This document shows positions 19,622-28,002 of a stretch of DNA of 64,000 bases, piece by piece (within the stretch, counting starts at the first letter, position 1; each line of letters begins with the position of its first letter). The stretch is from Candidatus Acidiferrum sp. GTDB taxonomy: Bacteria > Verrucomicrobiota > Verrucomicrobiia > Limisphaerales > UBA11358. Below the pieces are notes generated by a model. That model saw only the letters and a list, made by a program, of their open reading frames with translations, searched no databases and was not told the DNA's origin. Position numbers and translations under genes: made by a program. Location of the stretch: NCBI GenBank assembly GCA_035506715.1, contig DATJOW010000204.1, forward strand, positions 2,900 through 66,899, read 5' to 3'.

Positions 19622-22243
19622 ATGCGATACCGCATGAATTTATTCACTTTTTCTGGAAAACGGTTTGTGCCGGCGGCGTGCGCGGCGTTGACTTATCCGA
19701 AGCGTTATACCAGGCAGGTTACCCGGCGGATTCTTTTGGGGGCGGCGTTGTGGCTGTCGTGTTTGGCCGGGTCAACGCTGGCGAACAACCCGGGCGGCTT
19801 CACGCCCCTGGTAACGACTCCAGTGACCACCGGCACGGAGGCGTTTGGCAGCCGGACGGACCGTTACCTGGATAATGGCATACTGCACGTCCTGATTGCC
19901 ACCAACGGCAATGTCGACTCGATCAAGTACCTCAAGCCCGGTCTGCCGGGCACGCCCAAGGCCAATGGCACGGAGATGGTCAGCCAGTCGGGGGTCAACT
20001 TTGGCAATCACACGGCGATTTATTATTACTGGTATCCCGACGGCAACGGTGACGCCGCCTACCTGAGCACGACCGCCTCCAGCACGAACATCGACCTGGG
20101 TTATCAGCGGACTTTCAATCCCGCCTTGCATGCGGTTGCGGCGAACGTGGAGTTGCACTATGTGCTGGGCCAGGGCAATACCGGCCTCTACGTGTATCTG
20201 GTCGTCCGGCATCCCTCGAGCTTCACCTACACCAATGTTTTGAACATCAGTTTCATCCAAGCCATCTGGCCCACGGCTCATGACACCACCAATTTCCTGT
20301 GCGAAAACCAATACCTCGATGACAGCGTCAAATATGGCCTGATCCTGAACGGTGTCCGGCAGAAACGCAACGGGCTGCAGCCGAATTTCTGGGACAACTA
20401 TCACACCGCGTCCGTTCCTGGTCTGCCCGTGGAAGTCGTGCAGTACACGACCGGCCTGTTTAATGGCAGCACCAACGGGAAGTACTCCTTCACGCTGGAT
20501 TATCCCAAATTGGACACCTTTGGCATGGCCAGCGACGTCAACCCGATCGGTCTGTGGATTGTTACCGGCGGCCACGACTATCAGAACAACGGCCCGACGG
20601 CCTGTGAGTATGCGGGCGGCATTGGCGGCCTGGTCCTGTTTGAGCCGCTCATTGCGCATTACGGCAACACCGGCCTCACCGTCAGCAGCAACGCCGACTT
20701 CAATAAAATTTACGGACCGTGGCTCTGTTATTTCAACAGTTTGTCGAACGGCGCGGCCAGCTGGCAGGACGCGAGGAACCAGGCCGCCGCGGAGCAACAG
20801 GCCTGGCCTTACGCGTGGCTGACCAACAGCAGCCTTTATCAGCCGAAAAATCAGCGGGCTACCGTTACCGGCCGGCTCGTCATCAGCGACCCCTTCCGCC
20901 CGCAGGCAAATGCGGCAGGCGCGTGGGTGGGCCTGGCCGCGCCCGATACCGGAACCGAAAACGCCACAAACAACTGGCAGCTCCAATCGGACGGTTACCA
21001 GTTTTGGACACAGTGTGCGGCCGACGGCACGTTTACCCTGCCGCCGGTGACCACTTTTTCGCCCTACGGCGGCGCGGCCACTTATCAATTGTACGCCTAC
21101 GGTGCCGGCACCAACGGCTCGGTTGGCGAATTCCGGGCCGGACCCTACACCTTTGCCCCGGGCACGGTGACCAATCTCGGCACGCTCACCTGGACCGTAC
21201 CGCACCAGGGCTCCAATGTGCTCTGGGAAATCGGATATCCGGACCGGACGGCGGCTGAATTCCGCCACGGGGATGAGTACAGCATCCCGGGATTATGGCA
21301 GGGCTTCTCCGGCGAATTTTCCAATCCCTTGCTCTACACCGTGGGCACCAGCAACTGGACCAATGACTGGAACTATGTCCAGAGCGCCTACTGGGTCGGC
21401 AACGTCTCCAACAACTGGGTCTGGACGATTCAATTCAATCTGCCCCGCGTGCCGGCCGGCGGCAACGCCACGCTGAACACCGTCTGGGCCGGCGCGTACA
21501 GCGCCGCCATCCAGGTTTACGTGAATGATCCCAACCGGAGCGGCGCCGTGTTCCGGGATTTCTACCCCAGCGTGCCCGCGGGAGCCAATTCCCTCATGCG
21601 CCAGGGCATCCACGACAAATACGGCATCGATCACACCTCAATCCCCGTCAGCAAGTTCGTGGCAGGGACCAATACCATCACGCTGATCCAACGCCGGGCG
21701 ATGACCTCCACCTCCACCTACGTGATGTATGATTATGTGAATCTCGAACTGCCGTCCGCTGCGGCCCCGGTCGCCCTCACCGCCACAGCCGGCGACGCGC
21801 AGGTGACGTTGACTTGGACCGCCTCGCCGGGGGCGACTGGTTACAATGTCAGGCGTTCCACCACAGAGGGGGGGGCGTATGACATTATCGCCAGCCCGGG
21901 CACGACCAACTTTCTGGACGCCACGGCGGGGAACGGGACAAATTATTTCTATGTGGTGTCCGCCCTCAACGCATTTGGCGAAAGTGCCGATTCCGCGCCC
22001 GCCAGCGCGCGGCCGGTTTCCCCGGTTCCGCCCCGGCTCGATTTCAGCTTCACCGGCGGGCAACTGCAACTTTCCTGGCCGGCAACCAACACGGGATGGC
22101 GGCTCGAAGCACAAACCAATTCTCTCGCCATCGGCCTTGGCCAAAACTGGGTCACCGTTTCCGGCTCAAATGGGACCAACCAAATGTTCGTTTCTCTCTA
22201 CTCGGTCAGCGGCACGGTCTTCTTCCGGCTGGTCTATCCGTGA
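19622..22243 (+). CDS. Rhamnogalacturonan lyase (PL4-like) with a C-terminal FN3 domain and an FFRLVYP-ending module
   Basis: The start is taken at MRYRMNLF (19622; 19634 is also possible), with a signal-like LLGAALWLSCLAGSTLA. LDNGILHVLIATNGNVDSIKYL, VELHYVL..GNTGLYVY and IGYPDRTAAEFRHGDEY resemble RG-lyase domains. An FN3 domain follows (VTLTWTASPGATGYNVRRS...NYFYVVSALN). Confidence 0.7.
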   Translation: MRYRMNLFTFSGKRFVPAACAALTYPKRYTRQVTRRILLGAALWLSCLAGSTLANNPGGFTPLVTTPVTTGTEAFGSRTDRYLDNGILHVLIATNGNVDSIKYLKPGLPGTPKANGTEMVSQSGVNFGNHTAIYYYWYPDGNGDAAYLSTTASSTNIDLGYQRTFNPALHAVAANVELHYVLGQGNTGLYVYLVVRHPSSFTYTNVLNISFIQAIWPTAHDTTNFLCENQYLDDSVKYGLILNGVRQKRNGLQPNFWDNYHTASVPGLPVEVVQYTTGLFNGSTNGKYSFTLDYPKLDTFGMASDVNPIGLWIVTGGHDYQNNGPTACEYAGGIGGLVLFEPLIAHYGNTGLTVSSNADFNKIYGPWLCYFNSLSNGAASWQDARNQAAAEQQAWPYAWLTNSSLYQPKNQRATVTGRLVISDPFRPQANAAGAWVGLAAPDTGTENATNNWQLQSDGYQFWTQCAADGTFTLPPVTTFSPYGGAATYQLYAYGAGTNGSVGEFRAGPYTFAPGTVTNLGTLTWTVPHQGSNVLWEIGYPDRTAAEFRHGDEYSIPGLWQGFSGEFSNPLLYTVGTSNWTNDWNYVQSAYWVGNVSNNWVWTIQFNLPRVPAGGNATLNTVWAGAYSAAIQVYVNDPNRSGAVFRDFYPSVPAGANSLMRQGIHDKYGIDHTSIPVSKFVAGTNTITLIQRRAMTSTSTYVMYDYVNLELPSAAAPVALTATAGDAQVTLTWTASPGATGYNVRRSTTEGGAYDIIASPGTTNFLDATAGNGTNYFYVVSALNAFGESADSAPASARPVSPVPPRLDFSFTGGQLQLSWPATNTGWRLEAQTNSLAIGLGQNWVTVSGSNGTNQMFVSLYSVSGTVFFRLVYP

Positions 22244-22312
22244 TCGGGCGGGTGTAAAAGCTGCGCCGTCGGCTGCATTACGTCCGCCACGGTCTTTGCC
22301 TGCCAGCCCGGC

Positions 22313-23953
22313 TCAGTGCTTTTGAATCAGCGCCGCCGCCTGGAGTTTTCTAGTCTCGATGGATTTGGCTAGGAGAGTGTCGAGCGCGGCCAACTGGTCG
22401 GGCGTCAGGAAGCCGGTGGCCTGCTGCAGGATGCGCTGGTTGCAATCGGCCACCTGTTGCAGAAACTGGTTGATGTCCGCCTGTGACCCTAGGAATACCG
22501 GATCGGGCGCGCCGGTCATGCCATGCATCAGATTGTAAGGCTCCGCTTTCACCACCTGAAGCAATTGGGCGCTTTGGTCGTCGGTTAACGGGCTTCCGCC
22601 CAGTTGCCCGTTCAACAGGGTGATGGTGGTCCGGGCCGGAATTTCGTCGCTGTATTCTTTGAATCGGGCCACGCCCGCATTGCCCAGCAACGCCCATAAC
22701 TGCCTGCCCAGTTCCGCGGAGGAATCCTCGGCGGACGGGTCTTGGGTCCCTGGCTCTTTGCCCATGTATTTGGCCAGGCTTTTCGAGGCAACGTCGCAAA
22801 GCAAATTGAGAATCTTGTCCGATTGCTCCGGTGTCAATTGCAGTTCCTTGAACAAATCGGCGTACAGGGACCGGATCTTTTCCATTTGCGCATGGCGAAG
22901 GTATTCTTTCATCGCCGGGTCGCTCATCATCTTGTCCAAGCCGCTGCGCGAGGCATCCGCGTCATGCGCCGCCGCCTGCTGCCGGAGCGTGCCCACCTGG
23001 CCGCGCAACTTCAGCAGCTCGGTTGAGTTCGAGCCGGCCCGCAACCGCGCGTTTTCCTCCCGCAACGCGGCCAGTTGGCTGGTCGCCTGCTCACGCTCCG
23101 ACTGCAATTGCGCGATCTGCGCTGTCATCGGCGCCTGCTGCTCCTGGAGCGTCTGGATCTGGCCGCGCAATTTTGCGCCTTGATGAATGGCAATAATTCC
23201 GGTTCCGACCGCCGCGGCGAGCGCGGTGGCCACAATGATTTTTTGCGTGGTCGTCATAAGAATGGTTTTGGTTGCGGCCATCAAGGTGGAAGCCTGCACC
23301 GCGTTGCCGGCGATGGCCGCGGCGGAAATCGTGGCGGCCAGGCCGGCGGGCGCGGCCTGCACGGCGTTGGCGGTAATGACCACGGCCAGCGCCGCCGCGG
23401 TCGTGGTGATCCCGCGGCGGGCGAGTTTGCCGCGCAGCTTGTCCAGCGCGCGGTCCACCCGCATGCGCGCGGCGTTCTCGGTCAGATGCAGGGCGGCGCC
23501 TATTTCAGCCAGGGATTTGTTTTGGAAGAATCGGAGCAGGACAGCGTGGCGATCCTTGTCGTCCAATTCGTGCATGGCATCCTCGAGCGCCGGCCGGAGC
23601 TGGGTCCAATCCGCCGGCGGGTCGTCATCGTGGAGGAGTGAATTCATCATGGTAGCCTCCTGTTCGCGCGCCCGGCGCCTTTGCCCGGTCCGCTGCATCC
23701 GCAACGCGATCAGCCGGGTGGTGGTGTACAGCCAGCCGACCAGTGCCGGATGCCGCGCCAGCCGCGGTGCCTGCCGCGCGACTTCGGTGAAGACTTGCTG
23801 CGTCACGTCCTGGGCGGTATGCCCGTCGCCGTTCATCAGGCGCAAGGCAGCGGAATAGACGAGGTCTAGGTGCCGCCGGGTCAGTTCCGCGAACGCGGCT
23901 TCCGACTGTTCCGCGGCGTACTGGCTCAATAATGTGGCGTCATCCATCATCAC
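22313..23953 (-). CDS. ECF-type sigma-70 factor fused to a TM helix, coiled coil and LTXXQ-repeat C-terminal domain
   Basis: 546 aa. Sigma2 (FAELTRRHLDLVYSAALRL...AQDVTQQVF) and sigma4 (DRHAVLLRFFQNKSLAEIGAALHLTENAARMRVDRAL) are present. Then come a hydrophobic KIIVATALAAAVGTGIIAI, a heptad region (QIQTLQEQQAPMTAQIAQLQSEREQATSQLAALREENARL) and three LTxxQ motifs (LTPEQ, LTDDQ, LTPDQ). Confidence 0.8.
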   Translation of the reverse strand: MMMDDATLLSQYAAEQSEAAFAELTRRHLDLVYSAALRLMNGDGHTAQDVTQQVFTEVARQAPRLARHPALVGWLYTTTRLIALRMQRTGQRRRAREQEATMMNSLLHDDDPPADWTQLRPALEDAMHELDDKDRHAVLLRFFQNKSLAEIGAALHLTENAARMRVDRALDKLRGKLARRGITTTAAALAVVITANAVQAAPAGLAATISAAAIAGNAVQASTLMAATKTILMTTTQKIIVATALAAAVGTGIIAIHQGAKLRGQIQTLQEQQAPMTAQIAQLQSEREQATSQLAALREENARLRAGSNSTELLKLRGQVGTLRQQAAAHDADASRSGLDKMMSDPAMKEYLRHAQMEKIRSLYADLFKELQLTPEQSDKILNLLCDVASKSLAKYMGKEPGTQDPSAEDSSAELGRQLWALLGNAGVARFKEYSDEIPARTTITLLNGQLGGSPLTDDQSAQLLQVVKAEPYNLMHGMTGAPDPVFLGSQADINQFLQQVADCNQRILQQATGFLTPDQLAALDTLLAKSIETRKLQAAALIQKH

Positions 23954-24074
23954 GTTGTATCAGGTAATGCCCGCTGCCGGGAAAACCGCACAAGAAAAAT
24001 TTCCGGGGGCAGCGGTTCTCCACCGGCATCCGCCGGGCGAATCGAGCCGCCGGGAATCAAGCTTCGATTCTCAA

Positions 24075-25064
24075 TTATTCGTGAATTTCCACCACGTCCC
24101 GGTCGCGCAGCACTTCGGTCCGATGCACCTGCTGGCCATCGAACCGGCCGTGTCCCCAGAGCCGCGCGAATTTCATCGTCGCCGGCAGGTCGCGATGAAT
24201 CAGGTGCGCCAGGTCGGCGATGGTGGCGCCGATCGGCAGCGTGAACGGCTTGTGCCGATCCGGCGGCTGGCCCGGCTCCTTGGCATACACCCGGATCATC
24301 CCCAGCAAGGCCCAAAGCCGCCGAAACCAATCCTCCAGTCCATTGCCCGTCCGGGCGCTGACTGCCAGCACTTCCAGAGCTCCACGGTACCGTCCCCGAA
24401 GCGCCTCGACCGTCCCGGCCGCCGCCAGCTCTGCCTTGTTCACCGCAATCAATCCCGGCCGGACGCCGGCGTTGGGTGCCGCCAATTCATTCGGCGGCGC
24501 CGACTGCAAGGTCAGTCCGCGCGCCGCCAGCACGCCCAGCGCCATCTCCGCTTGGTCGAGGGCGCTGTCGCCGGCTTCCACTACTACGCTCACCACGTTC
24601 GCATTGTGGATGGCGCCCAGCAGACCGGCGGGCATGTGCTCGGCGGTGAACGGCGGAGTGTCCACCAATTCGATCGGCACGTCGTCCATCGTCCACATGC
24701 CCGGCTGCGGCACGACGGTGGTGAACGGATAATCCGCCACGTGAGGTTGGGCATGGGTGACGGCCGCCAGCAGGCTGCTCTTGCCGGTATTGGGCGGCCC
24801 GATGAGCACGACCTGGCCGGCGCCGCTGCGCGCAATGTGAAACGGATCCGGTCCCTTGGCGGTATGGCCGGCCCGTTGCTGATCCCGGCGTAGCTGGCTG
24901 AGGCGGTGTTTGATGTCCGCCTGCAATTTTTCCGTGCCCTTGTGTTTGGGGACGGTGGCGAGCATCTCCTGCAGCGCGGCCAGGCGCCCCGCGTCGTCCG
25001 ACGCCTCGCGGTAACGTTGCTCGGCTTTTTCGTATTCCGGTGTCAGATTCGCAGGCATGGTCAT
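24075..25064 (-). CDS. DRG/Obg-like GTPase with a C-terminal TGS domain
   Basis: Trimmed to [18 protein letters not shown] at 25064. [21 protein letters not shown] is an N-terminal helix as in DRG proteins. G1 [16 protein letters not shown] and G4 NKAE are present. The C-terminal [38 protein letters not shown]...[10 protein letters not shown] is TGS-like. Confidence 0.75.
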   Translation of the reverse strand: MTMPANLTPEYEKAEQRYREASDDAGRLAALQEMLATVPKHKGTEKLQADIKHRLSQLRRDQQRAGHTAKGPDPFHIARSGAGQVVLIGPPNTGKSSLLAAVTHAQPHVADYPFTTVVPQPGMWTMDDVPIELVDTPPFTAEHMPAGLLGAIHNANVVSVVVEAGDSALDQAEMALGVLAARGLTLQSAPPNELAAPNAGVRPGLIAVNKAELAAAGTVEALRGRYRGALEVLAVSARTGNGLEDWFRRLWALLGMIRVYAKEPGQPPDRHKPFTLPIGATIADLAHLIHRDLPATMKFARLWGHGRFDGQQVHRTEVLRDRDVVEIHE

Positions 25065-25229
25065 CCGGTCCGGTGTCCGAAACGGTTTAACACATCGGCC
25101 TGTACTTGTCATCAGGCACGAGGCAGGGGTGACGGCCCAATTGGGTTGTGGTGATGACAGCGTCGGCACTCGGTGCCGATCTTGATCCCGAGGTTCAGCG
25201 CCGCAGCCATCAGAACTGTACGGGGGAAA

Positions 25230-26714
25230 TCAGTCCACGATCCGGTCCGGAATGTTGCCCGGCCAGGCGGATTTGCCGGTGAATTGCTCCAGCTTCAAAT
25301 CCTCGATGTGATGTGATTCCAGGGCGGCGCCGTAGTAATCTGCCACCGGCTCGCCCCAGACCACCTGCGTGTTGCGCAGGGTCAGGCCGCGAATGTAATC
25401 GCAGTGGATGCCCGCAATGGCGTTGGTGTAAACACCCAGGAATGTGCCGTTCGGCATCGTCCCCTTCGGGCGGTCGTCATAAAACCCGCCGCGCTCGTCG
25501 CCCGTTTTGCTCACCTCCAAACGCACATTGTCAAACGTGATGTCTTCCAGCGGCTGTTGCGCGCCGCCGCGCAGGTAAAAGCCGCTTTCCCCCCGGCACA
25601 GCAGGTTGCTGAACCGGATGTGCCGGACGTGGCCGAGCGTTGCGTCCGTGTTGCGCGGGAAATGAGAGACATGCACCGGCTCACCGGCACCCCACCATTT
25701 GTTGGACTGCACCTGCGTCTCGATGGTGATATTCGCGAAAATGACGTTCTCGATGTCGCCGATATCCCGGCTTTGGATGCACAGCCCGCGATTGCTGTGG
25801 AAAATGGCGCACCCGTCAAACACCACGTTGCGCACGCCGGGCGTCGTGTAAACTTCATCGATCTTCAGAGCCGCGCTACGCGATGACAGCGTGCAGCCGG
25901 TGACCGTGATGTTTTCACTGCAGCCATAGCGGGCGAAGTTGGGAGTATTTTTGATGACAATCCCGTCGTCGGCCGCGACGATGTGGCAGTTGGCCACGCG
26001 CACGTTGCGGCAATGGTCGAGGTCAATGCCGTCGTTGTTCGCCACATCCCAGTCGTTGCGGATGCTGATGGAATCAATCACGACCTCTTCGCACCCGACG
26101 GGGTGGAGGGTCCAGCTTGGTGCGTTGCGGAAGGTCATGTCGCGGATGTGGACCTGCTGGCAGCCGATCAGGATGGCCAGCATCGGCCGGCCGGGGGCCA
26201 GCGTCCGGTCGTCTGCCTTTCGTCCGAACGGCCACCAGACGCCGCAGAAGGCTTGCGGCCACCAACCGGGCTTGTTCAGGTCGCCGCCGGCGGTCTCCTC
26301 GGCCAGTCGCTGCCAGACGGCGCGGTCGTTGCCATCCAGAATGCCGTCGCCGGAGAGGGTCAGGTTGGTGGCTTCCCGGGCGAATAACAGCGCGCCGGCC
26401 GTGCCGTAATCCTGCCAGCGGGCGCTGCCCTTCAGGATGGCGCCGCGGGCCAGATGAAAATCCACGCCGCTGCCCAGGGTGATGGCGCCGGAACGGTACA
26501 CTTTTCCGCCTGGCAGCAACACCTGGCCGCCGCCATGGGTGATGCAGGCGTCCACCGCCCTTTGAATCGCCCGCGTGTCATCGGTCTGTCCGTCGCCCTG
26601 GACGCCAAAGTCGAGCACGTTGAAAACGCCGGTCTGGTCGTTGCCGGCGGCGGAACGATTCGGTCCGGCCGGCAGCAGAGCGATGATCAGAAGGGCGGTG
26701 AGCTTTGACCTCAT
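25230..26714 (-). CDS. Glycoside hydrolase family 28 (polygalacturonase-like)
   Basis: Trimmed to MRSKLTALLIIALLPAG at 26714. FNVLDFGVQGDGQTDDTRAIQRAVDAC, NDGIDLDHCRNVRVANCHIVAADDGIVIKN and right-handed beta-helix repeats are typical of GH28. Confidence 0.8.
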   Translation of the reverse strand: MRSKLTALLIIALLPAGPNRSAAGNDQTGVFNVLDFGVQGDGQTDDTRAIQRAVDACITHGGGQVLLPGGKVYRSGAITLGSGVDFHLARGAILKGSARWQDYGTAGALLFAREATNLTLSGDGILDGNDRAVWQRLAEETAGGDLNKPGWWPQAFCGVWWPFGRKADDRTLAPGRPMLAILIGCQQVHIRDMTFRNAPSWTLHPVGCEEVVIDSISIRNDWDVANNDGIDLDHCRNVRVANCHIVAADDGIVIKNTPNFARYGCSENITVTGCTLSSRSAALKIDEVYTTPGVRNVVFDGCAIFHSNRGLCIQSRDIGDIENVIFANITIETQVQSNKWWGAGEPVHVSHFPRNTDATLGHVRHIRFSNLLCRGESGFYLRGGAQQPLEDITFDNVRLEVSKTGDERGGFYDDRPKGTMPNGTFLGVYTNAIAGIHCDYIRGLTLRNTQVVWGEPVADYYGAALESHHIEDLKLEQFTGKSAWPGNIPDRIVD

Positions 26715-26742
26715 GCTGAAATGCCGGTGTGCGGGCAGGGCG

Positions 26743-27765
26743 CTACCTCGCCGGCGGCGCGACCGGCATGGGTGGCAAACCTGGCGCGGGCGCGGAGGCA
26801 ACCGGCGGCGGTGGCGGGAACACGTCATATTCCGGGCCGAACTGGGCGAAGAAATAGAGCGAGTAAGCCCGCTTGAACACCAGCACCGGCAGCAGCAACA
26901 CTGTGCCCAGATACGGCAACGCCATCAGGCAACCTGCGCAGCAGCAGGTGATGAGCACTACCATCACGATCAAGGCGCCGATGGCCATAGCCAGGACTAT
27001 CTGGAACAGAAGATAAAGCACGAATTGCCAGAAATGAGCGCTGAGCAGGCGATAAAATTCCCGCCAGGCCGCCAGGCAGGTGGATCGTCGCAGGAACATG
27101 ATCGGCACCACAAAATCCTCCGTAAGTTTCTTGATGATCGCCAACACTATCGCCACCGCAATGAAGCCCAGGGCAATCCCGATCGCCGTCAGAATTCCGC
27201 CGACGTCCGGTTCGCCATGATAAATCATGCGGATGATGATGACCGCGATGATTCCCAGCAGGGGGAGGGTCAGAACCATGCCGATCAGGCCCAGGATGAG
27301 TCGGAACAGAAACAAGCTGTTGGCCTCGGTGCCGAATCGGGTCCACGGTTCGGCCACTTCCGCCCGGTTGAGCGCCACGCAGTGGAGAAACATGAACTTG
27401 CCCCGACTGCTGAGCCAGAGGAAGAGCAGTCCCAGCCCGATGGCCAGTAGCACGATCAGGGCGGCCAAGGGTATGATCCAGTCCAGGTTGTTCAACAGAT
27501 AGTTCCTGGCCTCTTCGAGCGCACGCCGGATATCCGGTCCGGATCCGTGTGAATGATTCCCGAAGTTGAAATTCCCACCGCCGGACCCGGCGCCGCCTTC
27601 GCCCAGGCAGGCCAGCCAGGCGCAAAAGCCGATGATGAACCATTTGCCAAGGTCGAACGGACGGAACAGCATCCGCTTCACGTGTTCCAGCGCCGGGCTG
27701 ACCGGTTCGACGACGTTGATCGCCCGGGGAGCCGCTGGCGGTTGAATGGGCTGAATCGGGTTCAT
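26743..27765 (-). CDS. Hypothetical polytopic membrane protein (possibly DUF4013-like)
   Basis: 340 aa. It has at least 6 hydrophobic segments, a Gly-rich loop GEGGAGSGGGNFNFGNHSHGSG, a CCCAGC motif inside a TM segment and a Pro-rich tail. It lies 28 nt upstream of the GH28 gene on the same strand. Confidence 0.6.
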   Translation of the reverse strand: MNPIQPIQPPAAPRAINVVEPVSPALEHVKRMLFRPFDLGKWFIIGFCAWLACLGEGGAGSGGGNFNFGNHSHGSGPDIRRALEEARNYLLNNLDWIIPLAALIVLLAIGLGLLFLWLSSRGKFMFLHCVALNRAEVAEPWTRFGTEANSLFLFRLILGLIGMVLTLPLLGIIAVIIIRMIYHGEPDVGGILTAIGIALGFIAVAIVLAIIKKLTEDFVVPIMFLRRSTCLAAWREFYRLLSAHFWQFVLYLLFQIVLAMAIGALIVMVVLITCCCAGCLMALPYLGTVLLLPVLVFKRAYSLYFFAQFGPEYDVFPPPPPVASAPAPGLPPMPVAPPAR

Positions 27766-27921
27766 GATTGTCAGACCTTATGCCGCTCCCCGTCGTCAGG
27801 GAAGTACATTTTGAAACGGAAATTGTAACAAGGCATAACTTATTGATTTGAGCACAGATGATAGCGCTTTCTAACCATCGAGAAAGACCCGGATTGAACG
27901 GGTTTCGAGATTCTTTTCTCG

Positions 27922-27951
27922 TTGTCCTGCCAACCGCCGAACTGGTATAAT
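27922..27951 (+). promoter_or_regulatory. Candidate sigma-70-type promoter for the first propeller gene (TTGTCC-18 nt-TATAAT)
   Basis: TTGTCC is at 27922..27927 and a perfect TATAAT at 27946..27951. The -10 is embedded in the palindrome TGGTAT-N7-ATACCA (27943..27961). A second palindrome AGGGAAAA-ACA-TTTTCCCT (27964..27982) lies in the presumed 5' UTR. Confidence 0.35.
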
Positions 27952-28002
27952 CCAGATACCATGAGGGAAAAACATTTTCCCTGGTCGAGTCAGAATATTC
28001 TT

